Notes under the pieces: generated by a model | The model's database searches: none | Seen by the model: only the letters and a program-made list of their open reading frames with translations | Told to the model about the DNA's origin: nothing | Position numbers and translations under genes: made by a program | Source: Candidatus Poribacteria bacterium | Lineage (GTDB): Bacteria; Poribacteria; WGA-4E; WGA-3G | Assembly: GCA_965220065.1 (NCBI GenBank) | Contig: OZ244804.1 | Location: forward strand, 4,416,915-4,480,914 | Length of the DNA: 64,000 bases | Reading direction: 5' to 3' | Part shown: positions 48,789 to 57,943 of the stretch, one piece after another | Layout: each line of letters starts with the position of its first letter | Numbering within the stretch: position 1 is the stretch's first letter

Positions 48789-49418
48789 ATGCCGTTTGTT
48801 GCTGAATTGTATTTTGATCCCGCAACCGAGGAGTGCATTCGCGATGCGTGGAAAGCCATTGATGAAGCAGGAATTAGTGATTCTATGCCCAAAGGTGGTT
48901 ATCGCCCACATATATCGCTTGGGATTTGCGAGCATCTTGAACTCGAGGCGTTTGCGAAGGAACTTTCAACCTTTGCGGCGGGTATTACGCCGTTTCGATT
49001 GTCGTTCCCCAATATAGGTATTTTTTCTACATCGGAAGGGGTCGTTTACTTGGGCGCAACGGCAACCAAGCAATTGCTGAATCTACACACGAAATTTCAT
49101 GAAATCTTCAAGAAATACGCAAAGGAGCAACGCGAATATTACACTGTTGGACAGTGGGTGCCGCACTGCACACTCGCTTTTGGTTTGTCAGAGGACCAGA
49201 TCGCTGAAGCAGTAAACGTTTGTCGGCAGATTGATTTACCCGTTTCCACGGAAATCAAGGAGATTGGAGTGATGGAGGTTTCTCCTACGGATTGTCGCAC
49301 GCTATCTTCGTTTAGTCTCAAAACGAGTGATAGCATTGAACTGGATGACGAATTACGCCCCGAATACGACGAAACACTGCTAAAAAACGGCATTCAGGGG
49401 AAATACGCGAAACAGTAA
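48789..49418 (+). CDS. 2H phosphoesterase superfamily protein (LigT / 2'-5' RNA ligase-like).
   Basis: It has two H-x-S/T-x motifs (PHISLG and PHCTLA) with the spacing typical of the 2H fold. Confidence 0.6.
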   Translation: MPFVAELYFDPATEECIRDAWKAIDEAGISDSMPKGGYRPHISLGICEHLELEAFAKELSTFAAGITPFRLSFPNIGIFSTSEGVVYLGATATKQLLNLHTKFHEIFKKYAKEQREYYTVGQWVPHCTLAFGLSEDQIAEAVNVCRQIDLPVSTEIKEIGVMEVSPTDCRTLSSFSLKTSDSIELDDELRPEYDETLLKNGIQGKYAKQ

Positions 49419-49443
49419 ATGATCAATAAGGGAAAAATTTACC

Positions 49444-49839
49444 ATGAGAATATATGAATTCACACTCATTTTAACAGTCGACCCAAATGAAGAAGAAACC
49501 GATCGGCTCTACAGTATCTTTGACGATGGGACAATTGCCACGATTGGCGGGGTGCCGCGGATTCATTTTCACCGTGAGGCATTTTCGTTGGAGTCCGCAG
49601 TTGTTTCGGCACTCTTGGATATTCAAAAGGCAGGTTTTGATGCTGACCATGTGCATATTAAACCGAAGGTTGTCCTTGGCACAGTAGGCAGTATAGATTT
49701 ACGCGAGCGCGGTATTGACGAAGCACAGGCGGCAGAAATGCGGGCACGTCTCGCTTCCTTTGCCGAAGATTGGGAAAGTCCCGAGATGGATGCCTATGAC
49801 AACTATGACGAGGAAAAAGCCAAGTTACAAACGCGGTGA
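49444..49839 (+). CDS. Hypothetical acidic-tailed protein, a candidate antitoxin for the downstream MazF/PemK-like toxin.
   Basis: It is a 131-aa protein with a C-terminal acidic stretch DWESPEMDAYDNYDEEKAK. Its 3' end overlaps the toxin gene start region. Confidence 0.4.
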   Translation: MRIYEFTLILTVDPNEEETDRLYSIFDDGTIATIGGVPRIHFHREAFSLESAVVSALLDIQKAGFDADHVHIKPKVVLGTVGSIDLRERGIDEAQAAEMRARLASFAEDWESPEMDAYDNYDEEKAKLQTR

Positions 49840-50164
49840 TGTCATTCTATCACGTTTTCCGGATTCCAATTTGCATACAGCCAAACTACGTCCGGGATTA
49901 ATCGTTCAAGCGGACAATCTTCAAACCAATTTGCCGCAACTGATTGTAGCGATGATTACCAGCAAGATGTTCCGTGCTAATCACCTGAGCCGTGTTACCA
50001 TTTTAGTTTCCACACCGGAGGGGCAACAATCTGGATTAATCATGGACTCGGTAGTGATGACTGATAATCTTGCCACAGTTGTTGAAGCAACCATTGAACG
50101 GGTTGTTGGCTCGATTCCAATGAAAAAAATTAACATAGCTTTGCGGCATACCTTGAATCTATAA
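49805..50164 (+). CDS. MazF/PemK-family endoribonuclease toxin.
   Basis: The region ...KRGDVILSRFPDSN....RPGLIVQADNLQ...LIVAMITSK...IMDSVVMTDNLATV follows the PemK/MazF pattern. The start was chosen at the internal ATG at 49805 to give the usual ~119 aa. The ORF-track start at 49715 is the alternative. Confidence 0.6.
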   Translation: MTRKKPSYKRGDVILSRFPDSNLHTAKLRPGLIVQADNLQTNLPQLIVAMITSKMFRANHLSRVTILVSTPEGQQSGLIMDSVVMTDNLATVVEATIERVVGSIPMKKINIALRHTLNL

Positions 50165-50170
50165 CCGTTG

Positions 50171-51976
50171 ATGGATATTGACGGAGCACGCTTAAACAGC
50201 GAATTTACACTCGTAAAAATCGTCCTACTCTGTATTCTGATTGCCTCAGCGGTTTTAGTGCTGCGGAATCTCGGACATAGTGGGATTACGTATTGGGACG
50301 AAGGGTTTCACGCCGTCGTTGCACGGAATTTGACGAAACATCCGCTCAAATTCACGCTCTACGATCAACCGTGGCTCCCTTATGACTACAAAGGTTGGGG
50401 TGAGAACCATATCTGGCTCCATAAACCGCCTGTCGCCATGTGGACGATCTGGCTCTCGCACCTTCTTTTCGGTATCAATACGTTCGCGCTCCGGTTGCCA
50501 TCTGCAATCAGTTTGGTTGTGACGACGTGGTTGACATTCCGAATTGCTGCGGATCTCTTTGACAAACGGGCAGGACTCATTGCGGCATTCCTCCAGGCGT
50601 TTAACCCGTTTCTCTTTGAGTCCGTTCACGGCTATCGTTATTCGGATCACATCGACATCGCTTTGTTGCTCTGGGTACAGGTTTCGTGTTGGTTCCTGCT
50701 CCGTGCGATTCGGACAGGCAAACGGCGAAATTACATCTTATCCGGCGTTGCAATGGGTGTTGCGTATCTGTCGAAAAGCTACCTCGCACTCATCACTTTT
50801 GGCATCGCGCTTGTCGTTTGGTGTGTTAAGTGGGCCAGGCAAATCTATCGCGAGAGATGTGTCTCGGATAATAGCGCGCAAAACGAGGTGCAAGAAGCAA
50901 AAATTCGTCTCAGGGACATCGGTTTACAACTCTTAGCCGCACTTGCGACGGTGGCACCGTGGGTCATCTATTGCCTGATTTACTATCGCAAGGAATTCCT
51001 TTGGGAACATAAACGCGTGTTGGATCACCTCAACACCGATGTCGAGAGTTGGGGAGCAAGTTGGGACCGACCGTTGTTTGATTACATGCCGCTGTTTTAT
51101 CCGGTGTTCTATGCCGCACTCATTGCGGCGGTGTTGTGTCTGATAGTCGTCCTGTTCAAACGGTGGCAGTTAGCAGAACTTTTCGTGTTAGCGTGGGGTA
51201 TCGGCGTGATTGTCCCGCATACACTCGCAGAGACGAAAACGCCATCGGCGACGATGATTGCCGTGCCACCGCTACTGATGTGTCTCGCCGCGGTCATCAG
51301 CCGAGCATGGCAACGACGGGATTGGGTTTACACCTCTATTTGGATGGCGGGAATGCTTGCGGTGACTATCATCTCTGGTGGACGTACGCTCGTCCAGAGT
51401 CGTGACCAGTTTGATGGACTCAAAAAGATCGCACCCTTTATCCAAACGAATTTCTGGATTGTTGAGCAACTGATCGGATTTGGCGTACTATTGGCAATTT
51501 TCGCGGGTGTGTACATGCTGGTTCGCCACCGCAATGTGCAAAGATGGATATGGTTTGGTCTCCGAACCGTGGCACTGATAATTGCGTTATTCTATGCAGG
51601 ACGCTATGTGCATGCCGCTTACAGCGTCACAGAACGGAATAGTCAAGTCCCTCTATATGAAACGAGTGGACCACGTCTCCAACGTGAAATGCCAGAGAAC
51701 GCCTGTTTCTTTCTTGACGATGAGCGTGTTGGGGCACATTTCGATTTGATGTATTACGCAGATCGGTCAACGTATCAGATTTACAATAAGCACATGAAGA
51801 AGCCTCGCGATTTCAAGAGCCAAGCCAAGATAGCTCGTGAAGCCGGTGCAATTCCCTATCTTTTCTCTGTCAAAGAGACAGTCTACAATTATCCGCTGTT
51901 CATTGAAGATGAAGTGGACATCGGGAATGGAAAAATGCAACAGTATCGGGTTTTTGAAATTACGGAAACCCGATGA
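50171..51976 (+). CDS. GT-C fold glycosyltransferase (ArnT / PMT-like, GT39/83-type) integral membrane protein.
   Basis: It has about 12+ transmembrane helices. A DEG motif with an acidic first loop (YWDEGFHAV) sits near the N-terminus, as in ArnT/PMT lipid-linked sugar transferases. Length is about 600 aa. Confidence 0.65.
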   Translation: MDIDGARLNSEFTLVKIVLLCILIASAVLVLRNLGHSGITYWDEGFHAVVARNLTKHPLKFTLYDQPWLPYDYKGWGENHIWLHKPPVAMWTIWLSHLLFGINTFALRLPSAISLVVTTWLTFRIAADLFDKRAGLIAAFLQAFNPFLFESVHGYRYSDHIDIALLLWVQVSCWFLLRAIRTGKRRNYILSGVAMGVAYLSKSYLALITFGIALVVWCVKWARQIYRERCVSDNSAQNEVQEAKIRLRDIGLQLLAALATVAPWVIYCLIYYRKEFLWEHKRVLDHLNTDVESWGASWDRPLFDYMPLFYPVFYAALIAAVLCLIVVLFKRWQLAELFVLAWGIGVIVPHTLAETKTPSATMIAVPPLLMCLAAVISRAWQRRDWVYTSIWMAGMLAVTIISGGRTLVQSRDQFDGLKKIAPFIQTNFWIVEQLIGFGVLLAIFAGVYMLVRHRNVQRWIWFGLRTVALIIALFYAGRYVHAAYSVTERNSQVPLYETSGPRLQREMPENACFFLDDERVGAHFDLMYYADRSTYQIYNKHMKKPRDFKSQAKIAREAGAIPYLFSVKETVYNYPLFIEDEVDIGNGKMQQYRVFEITETR

Positions 51977-52077
51977 ACATTTTTGATATTTACTGGAATC
52001 ATTTCTTGCCTATATTTTCCAGCAAGAACGCTTTGTTATTGCAACATTCAATAAATATATGAGGTGAAACGTAACCT

Positions 52078-55053
52078 ATGAAATTATTACGATATATTTA
52101 TCTATCCACAATTTTAGCACTCGTAGCACTACCCACAAGTGCACAAGTGGATTGGAAAGCACTCGATGTGGGTAACCTATCGTCTGCTATCTATAACACC
52201 GCGGTTGTCGGGTTTCCGAGTAACCCTACCGCGAACCCATCGGGATGGTGGCCCGCGGGCACAAACGATTCCTATATCTTCGAGGGAGATATCTGGATCG
52301 GTGCCAAAAAGAACGGTGAGGTCGGTGTGTCTGCCTCAGATGGCAGGCACAGCGAAATTTGGCCCACCGACGACGCGCCAGAGGTTATCTCAGACAAACC
52401 CGGTGTAACGACGAAGGGAACCCCCACCAACCAAGCACTCATGTTCAAATGCTCGGACACAAATCCCGAAGCAAATAAAGATTTGATCCTCGGTTTAGAA
52501 CTCGTAGTCAACGGCTTCCAATGGAGTTACGCACCCCTCTACGACTTCTTTATTCTCGAGTATAACGTCAAGAATGTCGGTAGCGACACGCTTGAAGACG
52601 TATTTATGGCGTTCCGATACGACGTGGACATCTCCAGTAACGAGACGGGGACAGCGAGTTACTCCGCTGATGACTTTGTTGCCTTGGATCAAACACCGGA
52701 TGCGCTCAATCCAGTGGATCACCCAAACCGTTACCTCTCTTACGGATTCTCCAACGCCTCCGCACCCGGGTATATCGGCTTGCGGGTATTAGATGCGTAT
52801 ATCGGGGAAAACGCGGACGACCCTGCGGCAAAAATTCCTTTCACAGCACACAAACGGATTACGATCACCACCGACCCAACCACGGATGCGGAGATGTACG
52901 CCCTCATCAGCACCCCCGGTGTTGAACCGCTCCCCGCAAACTACGATGATCAACGTTTTATCCAATCCTATGGACCTGTTGAATCCTTTGCTCCCGGTGA
53001 GTCATTCAACGTCATTATCGCTGTGGCAATCGGTGAGGGACTTGCGGGTTTGCAAGCGTCGTCCGACTGGGCACAGAAGTTATATGACGATGGCTACGTC
53101 GCACCGGCACCGCCGCCATCCCCGTTGGTAACGGCTTATCCTGCTGATAAACAGGTGACACTCGTCTGGGAGAGCGAGGGACGCTGGGTTGACGCTGGGG
53201 AGAGCAAGCGCATTGAGGAATACATTGATGTGACCGACCCAGAAAAAATCTTTGAAGGCTATCGGGTTTATAGACGCGATGTCTCTTATGATGAATCCAC
53301 TGGCGATCCGGTCGAGGATTGGACGATGCTCATGGAGTTCGACAAGCCGAGTGCAACGGGTAATTTCTTTACGGTCTCGCATGTCGGTAAGCAGTCGGAT
53401 GCCACCATCGAAAGCGAGGGGGATGAACCCTTCTTCGCCGATTTCTTCAAAAACGCTGTCTACGTCATCAAATTTAACTCCAGCACAGAGTTTGAAGTGG
53501 TTAACACGACGCTATGGGAAGTTATGGCGTATAACCCCGCCTTTCCAGCAAACGGCGGCGGATACGTCATCATCAAAGATCCGAATACAGGTGAACCGTA
53601 TCCGGACGGTGCCTATCGTTCCGGTGCTCGAATCTATTTTGGTGGACTCTACGTGCAAATTGCCGATGGACCTTCAGGACCGCCTGTCGCTGGCGACATC
53701 TTCCAAGTCGTCTCGACCCCTTCGCAAGCACTCGGTGAGGACGCAGGTATCAAGAATTTCTACACCGATGAAGGCTTAACCAACGGACTTGAATACACCT
53801 ATGCGGTGACCTCGTATGATACAGGCAACCCGAAAACGGGGCTGATCGCGATGGAGAGCAGCCAGATCGAGACGATGGTACACGTTGTGCCACGCGCCCA
53901 ACCCGCAGGATACCGCGGACCTACTGCTGATATAGAACAGCAGGGACAAGGAATCGTTACCGTTGAACCGATGGTGCTCGCACCGAACAAGGTAACGGGG
54001 CATCAATACAAAATGGTCTGGTACGGTGCAAAGCAAATAGGTCCCGCCGCATACATCACAGGTCCCGGATATCAGCCACCCGCTTATGAGATCGTCGATA
54101 TGACGACCGACCAGACTGTTGTTGAGCTACAATCCTTTGATTGGTATGACCCGGAGCATCAAGAGGCTATTGAAGTTCTTTCACCGATGTTTGATGGCGT
54201 AGTTCTGAGGATAACAGGTGTTAATGTATCCTACGGCACGCCCATGGAAAATCCGATTAACGACGTTAAACTGACAGCAGGCACAGTCACAGATTGGTCG
54301 GTAGATATCCAATCCCCCGGGTTTGGTGAGAATACATGGCCCAACGTCTGGTGGTCGACGTATTATCGTCCACATACCTACTCGATCACATTTGTTGATG
54401 ATACCCACGTCAAAGTGGTCGATGAAGATACGGGTGAGGAAATTCAATTCAGTGACCAGCGTGCCGCTGGATACGCGATCCTGACAGCCACAGGCTGGCG
54501 TGATACATATAATCCTGCAGAGACCCCAGGGTTCTTCCGTATTTACATCCGAGGCGGCTACGTCTTTATAAAGGATCCGAATGGCGAAGTCTCTGCCGGA
54601 GATGTCTTCACTGTTGAAATGGGTGGGGTCAGCGCACCACAGGACGGGGATCAGTTTCTTCTCAATACAAAAGGGGAGAGCCTCTCACCTGAAGACATTG
54701 AAGCCGATCTTGGAAAAATTCGGGTCGTTCCCAATCCTTATTTCGTCACAAATAGAGCGGTACTTTCCGAAGGAACAGACAAAATTTTCTTCACACATCT
54801 CCCACCGCGGTGTACAATACGGATTTATACGTTAGCCGGTGAATTGGTCCGAACCCTTGAACACGAGAGCACTGCCCTTTTCAATCCTGGTGAACGGACA
54901 CAGGGCGACAAGGGCGGGACAGAGACATTTGAACTCCTCAATCGCTACAATCAAGCACTCGCAAGTGGTGTTTATATCTATCATGTTGAAGCCAGAGACG
55001 AAAGTGATGAAGTCGTCGGTAACAAAATCGGCAGATTTGCAATCATTCGGTAA
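52078..55053 (+). CDS. Large secreted protein with a T9SS C-terminal sorting domain.
   Basis: A signal peptide (MKLLRYIYLSTILALVALPTSAQ) precedes a ~990-aa body with no motif I can name. The C-terminus IRVVPNPYFV...IYTLAGELVRTLEH...ASGVYIYHVEA...KIGRFAIIR matches the Por-secretion C-terminal-domain pattern. Confidence 0.6.
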   Translation: MKLLRYIYLSTILALVALPTSAQVDWKALDVGNLSSAIYNTAVVGFPSNPTANPSGWWPAGTNDSYIFEGDIWIGAKKNGEVGVSASDGRHSEIWPTDDAPEVISDKPGVTTKGTPTNQALMFKCSDTNPEANKDLILGLELVVNGFQWSYAPLYDFFILEYNVKNVGSDTLEDVFMAFRYDVDISSNETGTASYSADDFVALDQTPDALNPVDHPNRYLSYGFSNASAPGYIGLRVLDAYIGENADDPAAKIPFTAHKRITITTDPTTDAEMYALISTPGVEPLPANYDDQRFIQSYGPVESFAPGESFNVIIAVAIGEGLAGLQASSDWAQKLYDDGYVAPAPPPSPLVTAYPADKQVTLVWESEGRWVDAGESKRIEEYIDVTDPEKIFEGYRVYRRDVSYDESTGDPVEDWTMLMEFDKPSATGNFFTVSHVGKQSDATIESEGDEPFFADFFKNAVYVIKFNSSTEFEVVNTTLWEVMAYNPAFPANGGGYVIIKDPNTGEPYPDGAYRSGARIYFGGLYVQIADGPSGPPVAGDIFQVVSTPSQALGEDAGIKNFYTDEGLTNGLEYTYAVTSYDTGNPKTGLIAMESSQIETMVHVVPRAQPAGYRGPTADIEQQGQGIVTVEPMVLAPNKVTGHQYKMVWYGAKQIGPAAYITGPGYQPPAYEIVDMTTDQTVVELQSFDWYDPEHQEAIEVLSPMFDGVVLRITGVNVSYGTPMENPINDVKLTAGTVTDWSVDIQSPGFGENTWPNVWWSTYYRPHTYSITFVDDTHVKVVDEDTGEEIQFSDQRAAGYAILTATGWRDTYNPAETPGFFRIYIRGGYVFIKDPNGEVSAGDVFTVEMGGVSAPQDGDQFLLNTKGESLSPEDIEADLGKIRVVPNPYFVTNRAVLSEGTDKIFFTHLPPRCTIRIYTLAGELVRTLEHESTALFNPGERTQGDKGGTETFELLNRYNQALASGVYIYHVEARDESDEVVGNKIGRFAIIR

Positions 55054-55065
55054 CAGGAGAAATGC

Positions 55066-56130
55066 ATGCAACGTATAATTTATATGCTATTATTCATATT
55101 TCTTTTACTCTGGGATGTTCCCAGTCATGCCACAACCAATGTTGGCACGGCGGGTGCCCAGTTTCTGAAAATCGGTCCCGGTGCACGGGTAGACAGTCTT
55201 GGAGGGGCGTTTGGCGCGCTCGCCGACGACGTAACCAGTATCTACTGGAACCCAGCAGGGATAAGCCAACTCGAAAAAACCAGTTTTTCGGACACACATA
55301 CCGTCTGGCTTGCCGATGTCCGTTATAACTATCTGGCGTTCGCTACACCGATAAAAAACATCGGCACTGTGGGCGCGAGCGTCACATTCCTCAATGTCCC
55401 GGATACGGAGATTACCACACTGGCAAAACCCGATGGGACGGGTCTCTGGTATTCTGCTTATGATACCGCTGTCTCGTTGGCGTATGCCCGTCAACTTTAC
55501 GAACAGGAATCCGGCGTTAAATTATCTGTCGGTATTAATGCCAAATACATCCACCAGCAGATCCATAGAGAAAGTGCCAGAGGCGTTGCTATTGATGTCG
55601 GCACCCTGTACCATACCGGCTGGCGCAGTCTACGAATCGGGATGTGTTTCTCGAACTTTGGACCGGAAATGCGCTTCGGCGGTCCTGATTTAGAGAGTGG
55701 GGCAGAAGTTGCAGGAGACCCACGGATAGGGAGTTACCGCCCGTTTCCAGACACAACGAATCCGGCACGGAAAGCAGAATTAGAGACGATTGAGTTCCCG
55801 CTACCCTCCAATTTCCGACTCGGACTCGCCTATGACATTATTGATTCTGGTAGCAATCTCCTCACGCTTGCCCTTGACGCCAACCATCCCAACGATAATA
55901 GTGAACGGTTGAACATCGGCATGGAGTACTGGTACAGAAAAATGGCAGCAATTCGGGGCGGTTACAAATTCCGATTAGGAGAAGACCGCACCGACGATGA
56001 AGAGGGGCTTACACTCGGTTTAGGCATCCACCTGAACCTTGGCAGAAGGGTCCTTTCTCTCGATTATGCCTATGCTGATTTCGGACGCCTACAACAGGTA
56101 CACCGAGTGAGTTTGGGATTACAGTTCTAA
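55066..56130 (+). CDS. PorV/PorQ-family outer-membrane beta-barrel protein (T9SS-associated, FadL-like).
   Basis: After a signal peptide, GTAGAQFLKIGPGARVDSLGGAFGALADDVTSIYWNPAGIS is a strong match to the conserved N-terminal signature of PorV/PorQ-like proteins. The gene sits immediately downstream of the T9SS cargo gene (12-nt gap, AGGAG Shine-Dalgarno). Confidence 0.6.
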   Translation: MQRIIYMLLFIFLLLWDVPSHATTNVGTAGAQFLKIGPGARVDSLGGAFGALADDVTSIYWNPAGISQLEKTSFSDTHTVWLADVRYNYLAFATPIKNIGTVGASVTFLNVPDTEITTLAKPDGTGLWYSAYDTAVSLAYARQLYEQESGVKLSVGINAKYIHQQIHRESARGVAIDVGTLYHTGWRSLRIGMCFSNFGPEMRFGGPDLESGAEVAGDPRIGSYRPFPDTTNPARKAELETIEFPLPSNFRLGLAYDIIDSGSNLLTLALDANHPNDNSERLNIGMEYWYRKMAAIRGGYKFRLGEDRTDDEEGLTLGLGIHLNLGRRVLSLDYAYADFGRLQQVHRVSLGLQF

Positions 56131-56141
56131 GGACACCAAAT

Positions 56142-57545
56142 ATGACAGACAAACCAAACATCGTTTATCTTCTGGCGGATCAAATTCGTGCGTGCTCGTT
56201 GCCGGTATATGGCGATACACAGATCGAAACGCCGCACATTGATCGACTCGCACAGGAGGGCACGGTCTTTTCAAATGCAATCGCTACCGCGCCCGTCTGC
56301 ACCCCTTACCGTTCTATGATGCTCACGGGACGGCATCCACAGACGACTGGACATCTCATTAATTTCGTCAGAACCCGACACGACGAAATCGGACTCGGTG
56401 ACGTTTTCAACAGAAACGGCTATCGGACGGCATGGGTCGGCAAATGGCATCTCCACACCGGTTCGTTCCCGGAAATCGGTGGTCGAGACTATGTTCCCGA
56501 AGGGCGTGACCGTCTCGGATTCCAACACTGGCGCGGCTATAACTTCCACACCGACTATTTCAACGGCACAGTAAACCTTGACGACTGGCGGAACGAAACG
56601 TGGGAAGGTTACGAAACCGATGCGTTAAACCGATACGCCTTCCAGTTTATGGATGACATGGACGATGATACCCCATTCTGTCTATTTATCTCTCCACACC
56701 AAGCGCACTCCACGCCTTATGAATTTGCACCATCGGAATACTACGACCGGCTCCCTAATGAACTCCAACTACCAGAAAATGTTCCAGATTCGCTCAAAGA
56801 ACAATCGTTAGAAATTTACCGACACTATCTCGCAATGACACTAACAGTGGACGATATGCTCGGTGAACTGATGGCGTATCTCGAAAGGACGGGACGTGTC
56901 GAAAACACGTTGCTCGTTTTCGGATCCGACCACGGAACGCAGGGCGGCGGACAAGGCATCAATTTCTGGGCGAAGCGCGAACCTTACGAAGAATCCATCA
57001 AGGTGCCACTGATTATGCGTCTGCCCGGCGTTTTCGATGGAAATCGCACCTGTGACACGCTCACCTCCCCCGTTGATCTGTTCCCATCGCTTTGCGGTTT
57101 ATGTGGCATCCAACCACCCCGCACCGTTGAAGGTTATGACCTTTCTGCCTCTTGGCGCGGTAATGCTGATGCATTTGAACAGGATGCCGTCTTAACGATG
57201 AACTTCGGATCGACCTACGATTACCTCATTGATGGTAACGAGTGGCGTGGCGTGCGTACAAAAACGCATAGTTACGCACGTTGGCTCGGTGGCAAACGGA
57301 TGTTATACGATGTGGAAGCAGACCCGCTGCAGATGAAGAATCTGATTGACGCATCCGAAGCAGAGTCGTTAGCGGGCGAAATGGAGAACACCCTCACAAA
57401 TTTGATGGATGCCCGGAACGATAGACTCCAACCCGCGACCGGTTATACAGATTGGTATGATGCGCAACGTCGTATTGTGCGTAACGCCCACGGTCCCCTC
57501 GGTGATCCCGAAGATGAACCCGATTGGTCGCTCTTAAAGAGTTAG
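56142..57545 (+). CDS. Sulfatase (formylglycine-dependent arylsulfatase family).
   Basis: It has the C-x-P-x-R signature (APVCTPYRSMMLTGR), the N-terminal LLADQ metal-binding region and the downstream GKWHLH motif. Length is 467 aa. Confidence 0.85.
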   Translation: MTDKPNIVYLLADQIRACSLPVYGDTQIETPHIDRLAQEGTVFSNAIATAPVCTPYRSMMLTGRHPQTTGHLINFVRTRHDEIGLGDVFNRNGYRTAWVGKWHLHTGSFPEIGGRDYVPEGRDRLGFQHWRGYNFHTDYFNGTVNLDDWRNETWEGYETDALNRYAFQFMDDMDDDTPFCLFISPHQAHSTPYEFAPSEYYDRLPNELQLPENVPDSLKEQSLEIYRHYLAMTLTVDDMLGELMAYLERTGRVENTLLVFGSDHGTQGGGQGINFWAKREPYEESIKVPLIMRLPGVFDGNRTCDTLTSPVDLFPSLCGLCGIQPPRTVEGYDLSASWRGNADAFEQDAVLTMNFGSTYDYLIDGNEWRGVRTKTHSYARWLGGKRMLYDVEADPLQMKNLIDASEAESLAGEMENTLTNLMDARNDRLQPATGYTDWYDAQRRIVRNAHGPLGDPEDEPDWSLLKS

Positions 57546-57587
57546 GGACATTTGGTTCTTGTGTCGGAGGAATCTCCGAATCCCGAC
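57543..57587. repeat. Second copy of the TAGGGACA...GGAGGAATCTCCGAATCCCGAC repeat, overlapping the sulfatase stop codon.
   Basis: It matches 33423-33470. Confidence 0.55.
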
Positions 57588-57943
57588 GCTACTTTTCGCA
57601 GAATCATATCACTTCAGCAAGAACGCTCAAAAAATGTTACGCTTTCCGTCAAATTATTTTTTTTCAACAGAAAATCTCAACCGAGAAATACACAAGAAAC
57701 CCACGTCCCCACTGCGTTCTCAACCGAAAACCTGCACACAAATGCCAATTTAAAAATGTTATAAAAATGTAACATTTTAGCGAAATCCGTGTCATCCGCG
57801 TCAATCCGCGATTTGCGACTTACTCGTCCAAATGCGACGTGCATTCAGACAAACACCCACCAACTGCCTAATCCTGAAAATCCGTTGAATTAAAAATATC
57901 TATTGTGATACAATAACTACTTGAATTAATCAATCCAAACGGA

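Noticed and set aside
44704-50164. Integrase-mediated integration of the accessory island at a tRNA
   Set aside because: No integrase or recombinase gene is present, and I found no direct repeat of a tRNA 3' end. The nearest tRNA (Pro, 40642) is separated from the island by recO and the TonB-dependent receptor gene.
57546-57943. A possible T-box leader upstream of glyQS
   Set aside because: No AANNNGGGTGGNACCGCG T-box sequence or specifier-loop architecture is present.
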